DNA of 64,000 bases from Octopus sinensis (taxonomy: Eukaryota): the NCBI RefSeq assembly GCF_006345805.1, contig NC_042999.1, forward strand, positions 82,584,001 to 82,648,000. Direction: 5' to 3'. Shown in pieces: positions 13,899 to 26,595 of the stretch (within the stretch, counting starts at the first letter, position 1; each line of letters opens with the position of its first letter). The position numbers and the translations under genes were made by a program. The notes under the pieces were generated by a model. That model did not search any database. It was not told where the DNA came from and worked only from the letters and a program-made list of their open reading frames with translations.

Positions 13899-14619
13899 TC
13901 TGCTGAAAAGAAACAAATCACTAGTCGTTGGGATTCAACTTTAATACAGAATAATTCAAGAATTGATGAGTAAGTTGGCCTCGTTAAATGTTCTAACGTT
14001 CACAAAGTCAAGAAGTTGATAGAAATATAATCTACATATTCATTTTGATTAAACTTTAAGCAAGCTGAAGATTTATTTTTTCTTTCGAGAAGTAACGTAA
14101 AAGAAAAGTTATATTTCCGCTGCTATCCGTCACTCAAACCGCCAAAAGAATCACTACGTGGTCTTTCGACCTACAAGAAATGATTGCCAAATTTCCTTCA
14201 AGTTACACCAAGTGACTTAAAATACACAGCGGGATTGATAATCGATCTGATCGATTAATACCAACATCAAACCTTCAGTAACGTAATCTGAACCTCAATA
14301 CTTACACTTTGTAGAGTATGTTTTAAGTGGAAAGTTTAACTAATATTGTGTGATCGTCGTGAATTTGTTACACGCTTCCTGTGAGCAATGTATTGGATAT
14401 AGATTCAATTCCCAGCTGGAATTTACGACTTAAGGCGATACAGATTTCTCTTAAGAAGTTTGCGCGGGATAAAACCCGTCTTTATCTCTTACTTAAGCCT
14501 CAATTATATATTTGTTGGCTTCGCTTGTTAAAGTAAATGATGCATCCGCGTTCTGATGCCAACATGAATGCTTCTGTTGTTCTGTCAACACAGATATATG
14601 CATTTCTGTGTATATAAAT

Positions 14620-14627
14620 ATATATAT

Positions 14628-14706
<79 letters not shown>

Positions 14707-14969
14707 TACAGAGAGCGAAAGAGAGAGAGTAAGTGAGTGAGTGAGTGAGTGAGTGAGTGAGTGAGTGAGTGATAGAGTGAGTGAGTGAGTGAGTGAGTGA
14801 GTGAGTGAGTGTGTGAGTGAGTGAGTGAGTGAGTGATAGAGTGAGTGAGTGAATGAGTGAGCGAGTGAACGAGTGAATGTGTGATATAATGAGTGAGAAA
14901 ATGATATAGATAGACAGACAGATAGACAGACAGATAGACAGACAGACAGACAGATACATACATACATAC

Positions 14970-15053
<84 letters not shown>

Positions 15054-15055
15054 CA
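14620..15055. repeat. Compound microsatellite (TA)(GATA)(GAGT)(GACA)(CATA)(GATA)
   Basis: Seen directly; source of the THSL/SIYL ORFs. Confidence 0.95.
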
Positions 15056-15214
15056 CATCATATATTAAATACTATATATTTTGAGAACAATACTTCTTGA
15101 ATTATTGGTAAATAACCGTAACATATTTATTTGTATCCTTGACTTAATCCTCATGTAAAATCAGGGTGATACTCTGGGACAAGTCTAGGCTTTCAAATCA
15201 CAGATAATACATCC

Positions 15215-15382
15215 GACTGGCTCCCACATGTATTCCTTCTTTACAATTTCTGTGCGAAGATTTAGGTCAGATCAAGCAAGCCCAAGAAGATGCTTGTCAA
15301 ATATCATACATATTAGAAGCGAACTCAGAATCTCATGATTGGAAAGACAGCCTCTTAGCCATTCAGTTACGCCTGCGCACAC
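15215..15382 (-). mobile_element. Old SINE family B-like head fragment
   Basis: Minus strand GCGCAGGCGTAACTGAATGGCTAAG..CATGAGATTCTGAGTTCG..GACAAGCATCTTCT. Confidence 0.55.
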
Positions 15383-16489
15383 TCATGATGTTGATATGTT
15401 CGGTAGAGACCCTATGGCCTATTTGAGATTAAGAGACATTTTACTTCCTAACAGACCATTGTTTCCATAATGACAGCCTTGACTGTCCGGATGTTGAAAT
15501 GAAGGCTTGTGAGAATGTCTTCGAGATACTCTATTCTTCCGCAGTTGTATTAGTAGTGAAACTCATTATGTACCAACGAATTTTTATAACAGGTCATGAA
15601 TCAAATCGTATGCAACAGATAAGTTGTCTTAATAACATATTTCTGTGTAGCAGACCTTTAGCTGTTATTTTTAGCATAACGAGTTTTCGAGTAAGGACTT
15701 CATTTGCCTTCATCGTCTGTTTGTGCTTCAGTAGAAATCTACGGATGTGCAAACGCATAAAACGGAGAAAATGAAACAAATATGGACGACTTGTTCCAAA
15801 ACAACCCCGAGTAGGGAACGGTTCTCAAAAATAAATCCAATTGTTTTCCCCAAAAAATTTAAATTACTACGTCCTCGGAATCTACTTAGTCCGAGGTATA
15901 TTTATGGAGGATTTCATTAAAATATATTCCTTTTCTTGAAAGTTAAGATGAACTGAATTGGAGTCCGGTGAATTTTCCGAAATTCTCCCTCCCACCCCCT
16001 CCTAAAACACTTTCCACAAAACTTTTTGTATATTCAGAATCTACATAATATAACACATATTCGTAGAAAATTTCATTAAAAGACATCCATTTTTCTGAAA
16101 GTTATGATCATCCAAATTCGGTGGAGGGGCAGAAATCTGTACTTATGCCAGAATAAGTTCCAGGGTTTAAAAAAACGATAAATACTGGAGTTCATTTGTT
16201 CTGGCTAAAATATTTCAAGGTGGTGCTCCAGCATGGCCGTATTCCAATGACTGAAGCTAGTAAAAGATAAAAGAAATATTTTTTTCCTTCTTTGGTAAAA
16301 TATGACCAACATATCTATTATTACGACATAGACTGATTCTGTTTTCATTCCTTTCATTGAGGTTATCTTTATTTCTAGATCTTTATACTTGGATAGTTTC
16401 TTCATTTCTCACAGAAATAGCATATTGTTGTCTGGTGGAATTGATTACATCGATTAAAAAGCATTTTGCCAGGTGGTTTTTGACAGCAT

Positions 16490-16750
16490 CTATACCATTT
16501 TACCACTATTTCAACTACTGCTGCTTCTACAGAAAACTACGGTTACTAGCGCGGCCACCACCACCACTACTATTTCAACCATTATTATCACTACTACTAT
16601 TACTACTGCTATCAACGCCACCACCAGCACGATCATGCAACTGCTGCTGCTACTACTACTACAACTACCATTGCCATCGCCACCACGTCTACTACCACCA
16701 CTATTACTGCTAATATTACTGCTACCACCCCGACGAACAATAATAATAAT
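16490..16750. repeat. Cryptic trinucleotide low-complexity tract (ACC/ACT/ATT/AAT)
   Basis: Seen directly. Confidence 0.85.
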
Positions 16751-17124
16751 AATTTTTTCTGCTACAAGGGCTGGAATTTTGAGGGAGGGAGGGAGTAGAT
16801 TGCATCGACCCCAGTGATCCACTGGTACTTTCTTCGTCAAATCAGAAATTGTGAAAAGCAGTCAACCTCTTCGGTGTTTTAGCCTAGAGAGTAAAGGCGA
16901 AAGAAATGCCACTGGCGAAAATTTCTGAAAAGGCTCTTCCAACTGCCATTTATCTACTGATTCTTTTAAACCCCCACACTACATGGGAATTTTTTTCTCA
17001 TAGCTTTATAAACGCCTGACGAAGTTTTAATTAGAAGTTTGTCCTAGAGGGTTTTGAGGAAGAAATCCTCAAATTTCGTTCCCTCTGCCTCTATTTTGTT
17101 TTTGTTTTGACTTACAAAATTCAT

Positions 17125-18530
17125 CAATCCACTGTTGCACTTGCTGACAACGGTGAAATTGATGGATACATTTCGTTGACAGTCTGATAAATATTCTTGA
17201 TTTTGAAGGTTCATAACTGGTTGCTTCTGTGTTTCTGTGATTTCATGTTGTTGATGATGTAGCTTTTGAGGTTGCTGTTCTTGTTCTCTTTGTTTTTTGC
17301 TGAAGTGGTTGTAAATTGTGTTGCAGTTGTTTCTGTATATCTCATTGTTGAGGTCTTTGAGTAGGTCTATGTACGTTCTTCTTCTTTCGCCTACCTCGTT
17401 TTGTCACTGTGATCCATTTTTCGTTCAGCTCTTCTTTCTCCATGTCATTGCAGATGATATTGGTTTGGGAGGTAGACTCCTTTTTTATCTTAGTTTGCGA
17501 GTGGGTGTCGTCGTGGCTGTAGATGTAGATGTAGATGTAGCAGTCTTGAGCACTTCATGATTTTGCGTTTGTGGTGATTGTAGTTTTGGCAGCAGTGGGA
17601 GCTTAGTTTTTCTTGTTTCCGGACAGAAAGCCTTTAAGTGAGTCACAGATCTACATATGTGGAATTTTGGCTTTCTGCCCTTCACAAACACTGACAGATG
17701 AGTACCAGCCTGGAGATCAATTAGATCGGGCAACTAGTCGATATGGTCTTATTTACATTGTAAGGTCAGTTCCATACCTATACCCGACCAGTTTTGCTTA
17801 GGTATTTTCTTGACCTCAAAGATTGTTACTTGTCTTCTTCTTAATCTGCTAAGACGGCCACCACTAACTAGTTGATGGATATTTCTGGAGGCACATTCAA
17901 CAGCCTAACTTTAGCAAGGAGTTTGGCCACGATAGCCGGAGATAAAGTGGTCGCGGAATGACATTTGGCTTATTTTTCTGTCCCAAATCTCTCTTCAGTA
18001 GTTCCAAACTTTTTTCCTCAGGTCATGTAGGTCTTCTGTTCCCGCACGTTCCCAAGGCATTTTTGTATTTCGCTCTCAGGAGCATTTTCCACCCAGCGTT
18101 ATTTAATTCCGATGCAATGGTATGTGACCTTGCATCTCAAAATATTCTCTATCACGTTGGATGAAGGTTTTAGGGCTACCCTTCTCCTATTCCTTTTAGC
18201 AATTTTCCTTACCATTTTAAAATCTTCATCTCTACGGAAACCCTCTAAATTTCTCGCAGCAATCGCAAAAGAAACTGCAGCAGAGGCGTTTTTGGCGGCC
18301 GTGGCAGTGGTGATATTCGTGTTTCTAAGCTTTACATCTTTAGTATCATCATCGACGTCGTGATTGTTGTTGTTGTTGTTATTGTAACTGCATTTACTGT
18401 TGCTACTGATATTATTGTTGTTGTCGTCACCGAAAGTTTTGACGTTGCTTAGAGACGAAACAGTATTCGCCACGGTGACGTCATCAAGTGTAGGCCATTC
18501 TATATATTTGTTCTCATTTTTCTCCGACAA
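17125..18530 (-). mobile_element. Decayed L1/Tx1-type ORF1 (gag-like) remnant with no adjacent ORF2
   Basis: YRGQTPC/KVRLLNVPPEI, then VFVKGRKPK-FHICRSVTHLKAFCP, a CCHC zinc knuckle with the first Cys changed to Phe by one substitution; low-complexity N-terminus; stops and frameshifts. Confidence 0.6.
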
Positions 18531-18830
18531 CTAACCCTGCCCATTCTCAAACATTACAATGACTTCTTTATTAGCCATCTTTAAAAATTGAAGAACATTG
18601 CAAAATATTTGCTTTTGCCGAAAGTAATTAAAATTCAAAAATTATTGATGTTGTAGCCTCTGCAAAACAGAGAATGTTTCTACACAAAAATATTATCTGG
18701 GCAGTCCAGACAATCTCAGAAAAGTAATGGTAACAATAAAAGCCCGAGATTACAAACACTATTTAAAGTTACACAGCTTCAAATTTTCGTGACTTTACAG
18801 TATGGCGGCTATAATAATAATAATAATAAT

Positions 18831-19361
18831 GGCTCTCATGGCTTCTGATCTTAGCTGATTGGAAGTGTTATTATGTACATTGTTTTGTCTTGGTATAAAA
18901 GATGGGCTACAGCAAATATTCTGCTCAATACCACAGATTTGCTTGTCAGTTGTTTGACCTTAAACAGTTGAGCATGTCCCTTAGTGGCTGACGATATCTA
19001 CATCTCTGATCACGAGCAGAAGCAGTAGGGGAGCATCATAGCCATGTGTTGAGAGGGATTCTTTGGGGTTTGAATAATTCACCTCTGGAAACATGGGTGG
19101 TTCTTTCAACATCCTTAAACAACCCTTATTCAGGGACCTTTTGAGCGGGATGGGCTACTCGATCTGAAGAAAATTCTAACTGGGCCCCACCTGCAAGGTC
19201 ATGTGCTGTTTATCTTGATATGAAATCACCATGTCGCGCACATATGGTTGTGATGCATGTGCCTGGTGTACCCTTATCAGACGGGTAGTCATGATGGGTA
19301 TATTGGGCTTCGTATATTTTACCCCAGTGTCACTTTGATGGCATGAACTGCTCTCTCACTC
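18831..19361 (+). mobile_element. 531-bp non-coding element flanked on both sides by (AAT)n; probably a non-LTR 3' UTR
   Basis: (AAT)n at 18811-18830 and 19362-19376; interior is more GC-balanced than the flanks and has no ORF; class assignment is inference. Confidence 0.55.
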
Positions 19362-19384
19362 AATAATAATAATAATATTAATAA

Positions 19385-19592
19385 ACCTTTCTACCATAGG
19401 CACAAGGCCTGAAATTTGAGAAAGGGAGCAGTCGATTACGTCGACCTCAATATTTCGCTAGTATTTAATTTATCGATCCCGAAAGGTTGAAAGGCAAAAT
19501 CAAACTCGACGGAATTTGAACTCTGAGCCTGAAGACAGACAAAATATTAAACATTTTGCCCGGCGTCCTAATGATTCTGCCAATTTGCCGCA
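19385..19592 (-). mobile_element. SINE family A (A1 tail)
   Basis: CCTTTCTACCATAGGCACAAGGCCTGAAATTT..GGAATTTGAACTC..GATTCTGCCAATTTGCCGC on the plus strand. Confidence 0.9.
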
Positions 19593-19595
19593 TTA

Positions 19596-19598
19596 GTA

Positions 19599-19656
<58 letters not shown>

Positions 19657-19690
19657 TAATAATAATAATGATGATGATGATGATGATGAT
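19596..19690. repeat. (AAT)n-(GAT)n array
   Basis: Seen directly. Confidence 0.95.
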
Positions 19691-20020
19691 TTCATTTATT
19701 TGCCACAAGGGCGAAGGATGGGGGCGACCATACAGAGACAGACATAAAGTGTGGGGGTTTACTTATAATGAAATGATAAAAAAAAAGGAAAGAAAGTATA
19801 CACGGTATACACTGAAAAAGAAGGGACATATGCATAGTATGAAAAGGTTTTTAAAAAAAGCGGGGTGGAGGTTGATAGAGATGTAGTCCTCCTGGTACAA
19901 AACGACCTCCTGGGATAATCGAGGAACCCCACTGTCCGAGAATTCCCTGAACACCAAGAGCAAGTGCCATCGTCAAATCCCTCTCTCCAACTTACAGTTT
20001 CTCAGGGCATGAAAAGGGGT
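19690..20020 (-). mobile_element. 3' end of a non-LTR element whose terminus resembles the Tx1-like LINE and SINE A2 tail, running into (ATC)n
   Basis: Minus-strand terminus CCCTTGTGGCAAATAAATGAAAT(CAT)n; A-rich tracts similar to the 53876 3' UTR; 5' limit uncertain. Confidence 0.5.
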
Positions 20021-20289
20021 GTGCTGCACTTTAATATCCTGAATCATACAGGATTTTATGCAATCTACAGTAACGGTGCAGTCGATACGCCTGGAATAGG
20101 AACGAGAACGTAAATTTGCTGCACAACATCACTTTGTGTCAGCTCCCATTTATGGTGCTTTGAAGTACTGTGCGCTACTATAACTATGTGCATCCAAGCT
20201 TTAATACAAGCATATTACTCTACCTTTGGTATTCAAGTACTATTTTTCCACCTTCTTTTGCACTTACGTGCTCACCTGTGTGTATGTGT

Positions 20290-20565
20290 ATATAGATATA
20301 CTGTGTGAGTTCGTGTGTGTGTGTGTGTGTGTGTGTGCCTCTGTGTATGCGTGTGTTTTGCGTCTGTGTAATACTTCCCCCACCACCGCTTGACAACCGT
20401 TGCTAGTGTGTTTACGTTCCCGTAACTTAACCGTTCAGCCGAACACTCCGATAGAATGAGTACCAGGATTTAAAGAAAAAGGGGTACTTGGGTCGATGCA
20501 TTCGACTAAAATCTCTTCAATGTGGTTCTCCAGCATGGGTGAAGTCTTATGTATGAAACAGGTAA
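20290..20565 (+). mobile_element. SINE family B, 3' half
   Basis: (TG)n, CGCTTGACAACCG, CCCGTAACTTA, GATAGAATGAGTAC, CTCCAGCATGG and GAAACAGGTAAG. Confidence 0.85.
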
Positions 20566-20873
20566 GAGGGCAAAGACTCCCTTATGTCATGAATGATCAT
20601 GGGATTACACCTAGAAAGTTCCCCTCTGAGGTCCAAGTCCGGGCAGGTTTGTTTATGGAGGACCAGCAGTCACCTATACATACCAGTCCCCCACCGCCTC
20701 TCCACTCCACCGAGGAAAGGTAAAGGCCGATACAGTTTGACACCAGTGACATCGCAATCCCTTTCTACAGCTGAGTGAAATAAAGTGTCTTGCTCAAGAA
20801 CACAGCGCACAGCCTGGTCTGGGTATTGGACTCACTACCTCATGGTTGTGACCACTAAGCCATGCGCCTTCAC
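20566..20873 (-). mobile_element. tRNA-headed SINE, family C, tail-to-tail with the family B copy
   Basis: Minus strand GTGAAGGCGCATGGCTTAGTGGT head, TGTGTTCTTGAGCAAGACACTTTATTTC box and GAGGGGAACTTTCT; matches 30808 and 61630. Confidence 0.85.
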
Positions 20874-21382
20874 ATACAGAAAAATATGTGAATATGTGTG
20901 TGCGCGCGCGTGTATGTGTGTGTGTGTATGTGTGTGTGTGTGTGTGCATCTGTTTCTGGCAATCTGTAGATTAATCTCTGGAAAGCAACTGGATATCCAG
21001 GTATGATTCCATCTGGAAAGATACCAACTTAAAGCAATAATCTAACATCTGTGGGAAAAGCTAGTTAAATGCCGGTATGACGGTAGTGCTGATGGTGGTA
21101 ACGGTGCTACTGTTGTGACGTAGGTGGTAGTGGTGATAGTGGTGGTAGCGGCGAGTGTGTTAGTTATGGTCGTAATATAGATAGTTTTCACATTCACGTT
21201 GCTGTTGTTATTATTACCAGTGGTAAGTGTGATGGTAGTAGCACTGCCAGTGTTGTCTTACTTTAAGCTTGGGTCAAACATAATCAAGCAAAACTCTAAC
21301 GAAAAACATTCCGGGCATTCTTTTTTAGTTAAAAATAATTCAGTATATCCAGTTCGTACACATCTAATTGGATAGTGTTCAG

Positions 21383-21605
21383 TACGTAGGGGTGCTGAAA
21401 AGTTCCTGGCTTTGGATAACAGAAAATACAGGAGAATTAGTTTATTATGATTTTATTCAGTAATATTTCCGTCTCAGATTCGCAAGCTTACTATAGCGGT
21501 CCTTCAGTTTTTTCTAGAATCTGTAAAAGAACTCGGAAGGTTGGGCTCCCAACTAAGCTGTTCGCGATACCCTTAAAGCCAAGAGGTTTTTAGAACATAC
21601 ACGTA
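21383..21605 (-). mobile_element. Mariner-derived MITE, copy 1
   Basis: TA|CGTAGGGGTGCTGAAAAGTTCCTGGCTTT terminus with a degenerate complementary right end; interior is the reverse complement of 32830-33052. Confidence 0.8.
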
Positions 21606-21739
21606 TATCCAATTTGTGTTTTCTATTTTCTAAAACGATAGAAGTTAATTTGAAGAATATCAAACTCGCTATTTCTACTAATTCTAGTGGTTGTGTCGAC
21701 GCTCGCTAATCTTGCTGTCATTTCTAACGCTACAGGTGG

Positions 21740-21908
21740 TGACTTGAGACATGCAGTACCAGTTTCGGAACTAACAACTGGATGATATTATGTTGCACCT
21801 GTTTCACACCAGGTTTGTCCTCATCAGACCCCACCACTTTCAAAACCTTTCCAGCAATGACTATCTCATGTCTTTTTTGTTTTTGGTATAGTTTTTGTTT
21901 GCTACTAC

Positions 21909-21941
<33 letters not shown>

Positions 21942-22404
21942 ATTGTTGTGTTGTTGTTGCTGTTGTTGCTGCTACATCACACCACCTCGCACACACTAGC
22001 ACTGACTACTTCCCAGCACCCGCACCATCATCCACACAGCTACACATGCTCACACGCACACGTCAAGGTCACCAGTCCCTATCCACACATACATACACGC
22101 TCTCAGATACACACGCACGCGCACTTTCGTTTTGGGATCACCACTACTTTTCTTATCCCTTCTTCTTCCTAGCTCTGCTGTCTGAGCACCAGTGTCCGGC
22201 ATTCGCCATGATTGATCGCTAGCCACTAAACCATTTTTTATTTTCTCTCTCTGCTTATTTCTGTGTTCCTCTCTGTTGAAGAGCGTAGGCTCGAAACGTA
22301 AAACACTTTCTCACTTTCCGCGCGTTAAACTAATACATCTGTTTGTTGTTTACGCACCCGTCTTCGTCTTCTGTTTTTTTTTCTGTAAATTCAAATTATA
22401 TAGA

Positions 22405-22405
<1 letters not shown>
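21740..22405 (+). mobile_element. Probable Penelope-like element 3' end / terminal repeat
   Basis: Decayed GIY-YIG C-terminal-like segment near 21760-21815 and the motif GAAGAG..CTCGAAACGT followed by T-rich sequence, typical of PLE terminal repeats; inference. Confidence 0.5.
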
Positions 22406-22521
<116 letters not shown>

Positions 22522-22601
22522 TACATGTATATATCCCACCGCTGCCAGGGTAACTTTTAACGGTTGTGCTTCAGTATGACCACTGCTTTGAAGCTGAAAA
22601 A

Positions 22602-22639
<38 letters not shown>

Positions 22640-23135
22640 AATTTAGAACAAACAGTAGGTTGCCATTCTAGTACTCAGAGTTTCGAATGTCGGAGCGGAG
22701 AGCTACGATGCATTCTCGTCGTTTATTAATGGCAATAGACACTATGAAAACTGCTGAATAAAAGGGAAGTTACTCTAATAGGTAGAAAAAGAAAAAAGAT
22801 AAAAATTACACGCATATTCTCATCTTGCGTTCATAACGTCTACATACGTACTCGCGCACACAAACATGTATACGTACATGCACATCCACACACAAATAAT
22901 ATATGTGCATGTACGTGCTCATTCATACACACATATTCGCACACACACACATGTATATATATATATGTGTGTGTGTGTACGCAACTTCATCCTCATATAC
23001 GCATGGGTGTTTGCATGCATACTCGTAACAATAATATATATTTAGACATTTATGCATATAAATATACGTATATATATATACAACCATACATACACACTCC
23101 CGCATAAACGTATATACACACACACATATATATAT

Positions 23136-23205
<70 letters not shown>

Positions 23206-23269
23206 CATACATCTTTATCATACACCTACACCTGCACATATACAAACAAATGCATATCCAAATAAATGA

Positions 23270-24240
23270 TAAATGTCTATCTATAAGTGACAAGAAATAT
23301 TTACCTATATTAAAGGTCACTTCGGAGGAGTAAGAGGGTGTGAAACAGATAACTTTCCTGTGTCTATGTTTTCTTTTCTTTATTTCTGGCCTAATAGTAG
23401 GTGTGTAAGCTATCTCTTCTTTAAATCCACTAGCTTTAAGAGCATTGTTATACAGTGGGGTAGCATTATTAAATATGTTTATATTGGAAGAGAGGCTAGA
23501 AATTATCCTACTAATGTTCTTGACTAAATTCTTAAATACTATGGGGGTGGCAGCAACCTACATTAATATAGCTAAGTCGATCGTTGGGCTTTCTATTGGG
23601 TTTGTAAATATTCTTTTGTAAATCTAGAGACACGTCAAGGAAATTGATAAGCGTCAGGGTGGTGTCAATTGTTATGCTAAGATCGAATGTTTTCATAAGA
23701 TGGATAATATTTTCCTTGCGCTGGTCCATTAGTATTCTTAGCTTAAGTTAGAGCATCATCCCTATAAATAGCGAAATATACCCCAGGAAAAGCTTACTTA
23801 CGTGTCAAGCAGGAATAGGCCAATCAGATCGCATATCCCTGCTCCATCATATGACCCTATGCTCACATCGAAAGAACCCTCTGTGTCTGCTGCCTTGACT
23901 CACTCTGTGTTCTTGCTGAAGAATAAGGCCTTTCTAGCATAGAGAATTATATCCTTATCTTGTTCACAAATCTCTGTAAAATCGCCTGCGAAAGTGAGGG
24001 CTTTATCCAGCAGTTTTCTAGAAATAGATGCATAGAAATCTACAAAATCAAATTGTGTGAATCTTGCTTTATTCTGATTTCTAATTGCTTTAAAGCTGTT
24101 AACAAATTCTATACTATTGGACCATTGTACTAAATTAGTTGCGCCTCTAAGTTTAGCATTGGGTTTTCTTAAAATTTCCTTACTAATTATACCAATTTCT
24201 GATTTTGCAGGGATAATTAATCTTCATTTATGATTAGATA
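23270..24240 (-). mobile_element. Penelope-like element reverse transcriptase remnant
   Basis: FTQFDFVDFYASISRKLLDKAL, FDVSIGSYDGAGICDLIGLF, INFLDVSLDL..KPNRKPN..CHPHSI, YNNALKASGF and SYSSEVTFNIGKYFL. Confidence 0.85.
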
Positions 24241-24420
24241 GGAAGTTCTTTTTATGGTTCTTAGTTATAAAAGCCTCTTTTTTTTTTTTTTTTTTGAAGG
24301 ATCTCTATTTTTTTTTCTAATTTAAACCTAGCGGCGATGATACATACACAGAATAGGTTGTCAAGTATAAAATTTATAGAAAAGAAAAAAACGTTTGCTA
24401 ATGTTTTATAAATACATGGA

Positions 24421-25072
24421 ATAGTTTTATTCATCAAAGCATGCACCCTTATTGTCATTACACTTTTGCCATTTCAGTGGTAGCTTGTACAGCTCGGAAC
24501 TGTAAAAGCCTAGAGTCAATAAAATCTTGGAAGGCATGTTTTACAGCATCGTCGGAATTAATATTTTTCCTATGAAAAAGTTATCCAAATTCTGGAAGAA
24601 GTGGTAGTCAGTTGGAGGAAGATCAGGTGAGTATGGTGGATGATAGAGAACTTCCAACTCCAACTCCTATAGTTTCTTCAATGTCATTTTTGCGATGCGT
24701 GGTCTCGCGTCGTCTTGCAATAAAATAGGAGTTGACTAATCTAGGCATCTGTTGACTAATCTAGGCATTTTTTTTTTTTTTTTGTAAGTTTCTGCATCAT
24801 TTGGTCCAGTTGGCTGCAGTATACTTCGGTCGTGATTGATGAGCCAGGTTTAATGAAATTTTAATGAATCACACCTGCTCCAGACCACCAAACACACACC
24901 ATCAGCTGTTTTTTTTATGAATTCTGCGTTTTGGACTGTTTTGGTGGCCCGTGTTTGTCCAACCATTGTACGGTTTTATTCATCAAAGCATGCACCCATA
25001 TTGTCATTACACATTTGCCATTTTCAGTGGTAGCTTGTACAGCTCGGAACTGTAAAAGCCTAGAGTCAATAG
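24421..25072 (-). mobile_element. Rearranged mariner remnant with a duplicated C-terminal ~100 bp
   Basis: LMVCVWWSGAGVIH..KPGSSITTEVYCSQLDQMMQKL (24785-24972), NLDNFF..DAVKHAFQDFIDSR, and LYKLPLKWQKCNDNKGACFDE* present twice. Confidence 0.8.
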
Positions 25073-25188
25073 AATAAGTACTGGGCTTACAAAAGAATAA
25101 GTCCCGGGGTCGATTTGCTTGATTAAAAGGCGGTGCTCCAGTATGGCCGCAGTCAAATTACTGAAACAAGTAAAAGAGTAAAAGAGTA
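25068..25188 (+). mobile_element. SINE family B, 3' tail only (5'-truncated)
   Basis: ATAGAATAAGTACTGGGCTTAC..GGCGGTGCTCCAGTATGGCCGCAGTC..GAAACAAGTAAAAGAGTAAAAGAGT. Confidence 0.9.
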
Positions 25189-25281
25189 TATACTCACACA
25201 GTACACATTCACACAATTAAAAAGTAAAAAAAAGATAAAATGAAGAAATATATATAAAAATAAAAAATTAAAGGAAGTTAA

Positions 25282-25420
<139 letters not shown>

Positions 25421-25422
25421 AA

Positions 25423-25620
25423 ACTTCTTTTTACTAGTTTCAGTCATGTGACTGCGGCCACGCTAGAGACTGCTTTGAAATTTTAACCGAATATATATCG
25501 ACCCCAGTACTTATTACTTTAAAGCCTGGAACTGACTCTATCGGGCTTCTTTGCCGAACCGCTAAGTTGCGGGGATGTAAACACACCACCACCAGTTGTC
25601 AAGCGATGGTGAGGGACAGT
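25423..25620 (-). mobile_element. SINE family B, 3' half
   Basis: GTTTCAGTCATGTGACTGCGGCCA..TCGACCCCAGTACTTATT..TTGCCGAACCGCTAAGTT..GTTGTCAAGCG. Confidence 0.85.
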
Positions 25621-25640
25621 AAACACACACACACACACAC

Positions 25641-25692
<52 letters not shown>

Positions 25693-25696
25693 AAAT

Positions 25697-25738
<42 letters not shown>

Positions 25739-26595
25739 CCAAGGGATGTTTGTTACTTTACCCTTGAGTTGAGAGACTTGTAGAGTCCTTAGTTTGCTCC
25801 TATTCCTTTCAATACCACTATCATACCATAACAGGTCTGTTCAATAGCCGTACACCTACCTCTAAACAACCACACCTGAGACAACAACGTCATACACATA
25901 GCTAGTTATTCAGAGTATAGTTACGTGCTTTCTGGCAGTGCAGTTGAATCTCCGTATTGGTTGACCATTGGTCTTAATGCTTCACTTCATTTAGTTACTT
26001 TCTTTTGCATTCCGAATTCATTTCCTGCTGACAACCACATTCCTTGTCATTTTCCTGCAGTTGATAGAACATGTAGAACTATACTCTTTCCATAAAACTT
26101 GTCTTCTGCCAAGTTAAACATTTTCCCTTGACAAATCGAAACTAATATCTGGAAATATTTTTACGTATGTAGTACTGCGAATCAAATTTTGCACCAAAGT
26201 GAAGTTTTGATAAAGTCGGCTCTAGTCTGTTCACATCGTACACTTACATTGAAGAGATCTGCAATGAACAACAATGCCGTTTATTAACTTTGCATCCGTG
26301 CAATTGAAACATGGAAAAAGCGTTAACTTGTCATGTCCACTTGTGAATGACGACTATGGCTTGAAGGATATTTGTGCGAATTTTATTTTAATGAATGGAT
26401 TGTGCAGGAATGTCGGGTGGTGCCAAGATTCTGGAGTAACCGCCCTAGGAAAGTTGTTCTGATACCAGTTATATAGAGTTTTTTCATGTATTTGGTGTCA
26501 GAAGCACGAACTTTAGACCAAATTATCACAAAATTTTTGTAAGTAAATAGCATTAGACTAAATTCGTGCAATTTTAATCTTGAAAAGTATTAAAT

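Noticed and set aside
16490-16750. Thr/Pro/Leu-rich ORFs resembling mucin or signal sequences
   Set aside because: Mixed trinucleotide low complexity open in several frames, ending in a SINE tail.
18099-18530. 143-aa ORF as a host gene
   Set aside because: It continues through stops and frameshifts into a zinc-knuckle ORF1-like sequence, so it is better explained as a LINE remnant.
22275-22300. Possible minimal hammerhead ribozyme TTGAAGAGCGTAGGCTCGAAACGTA in a PLE-like terminus
   Set aside because: The core reads TTGAAGA instead of CTGANGA, and I could not pair stems I and III by eye; an Infernal search with hammerhead models would settle it.
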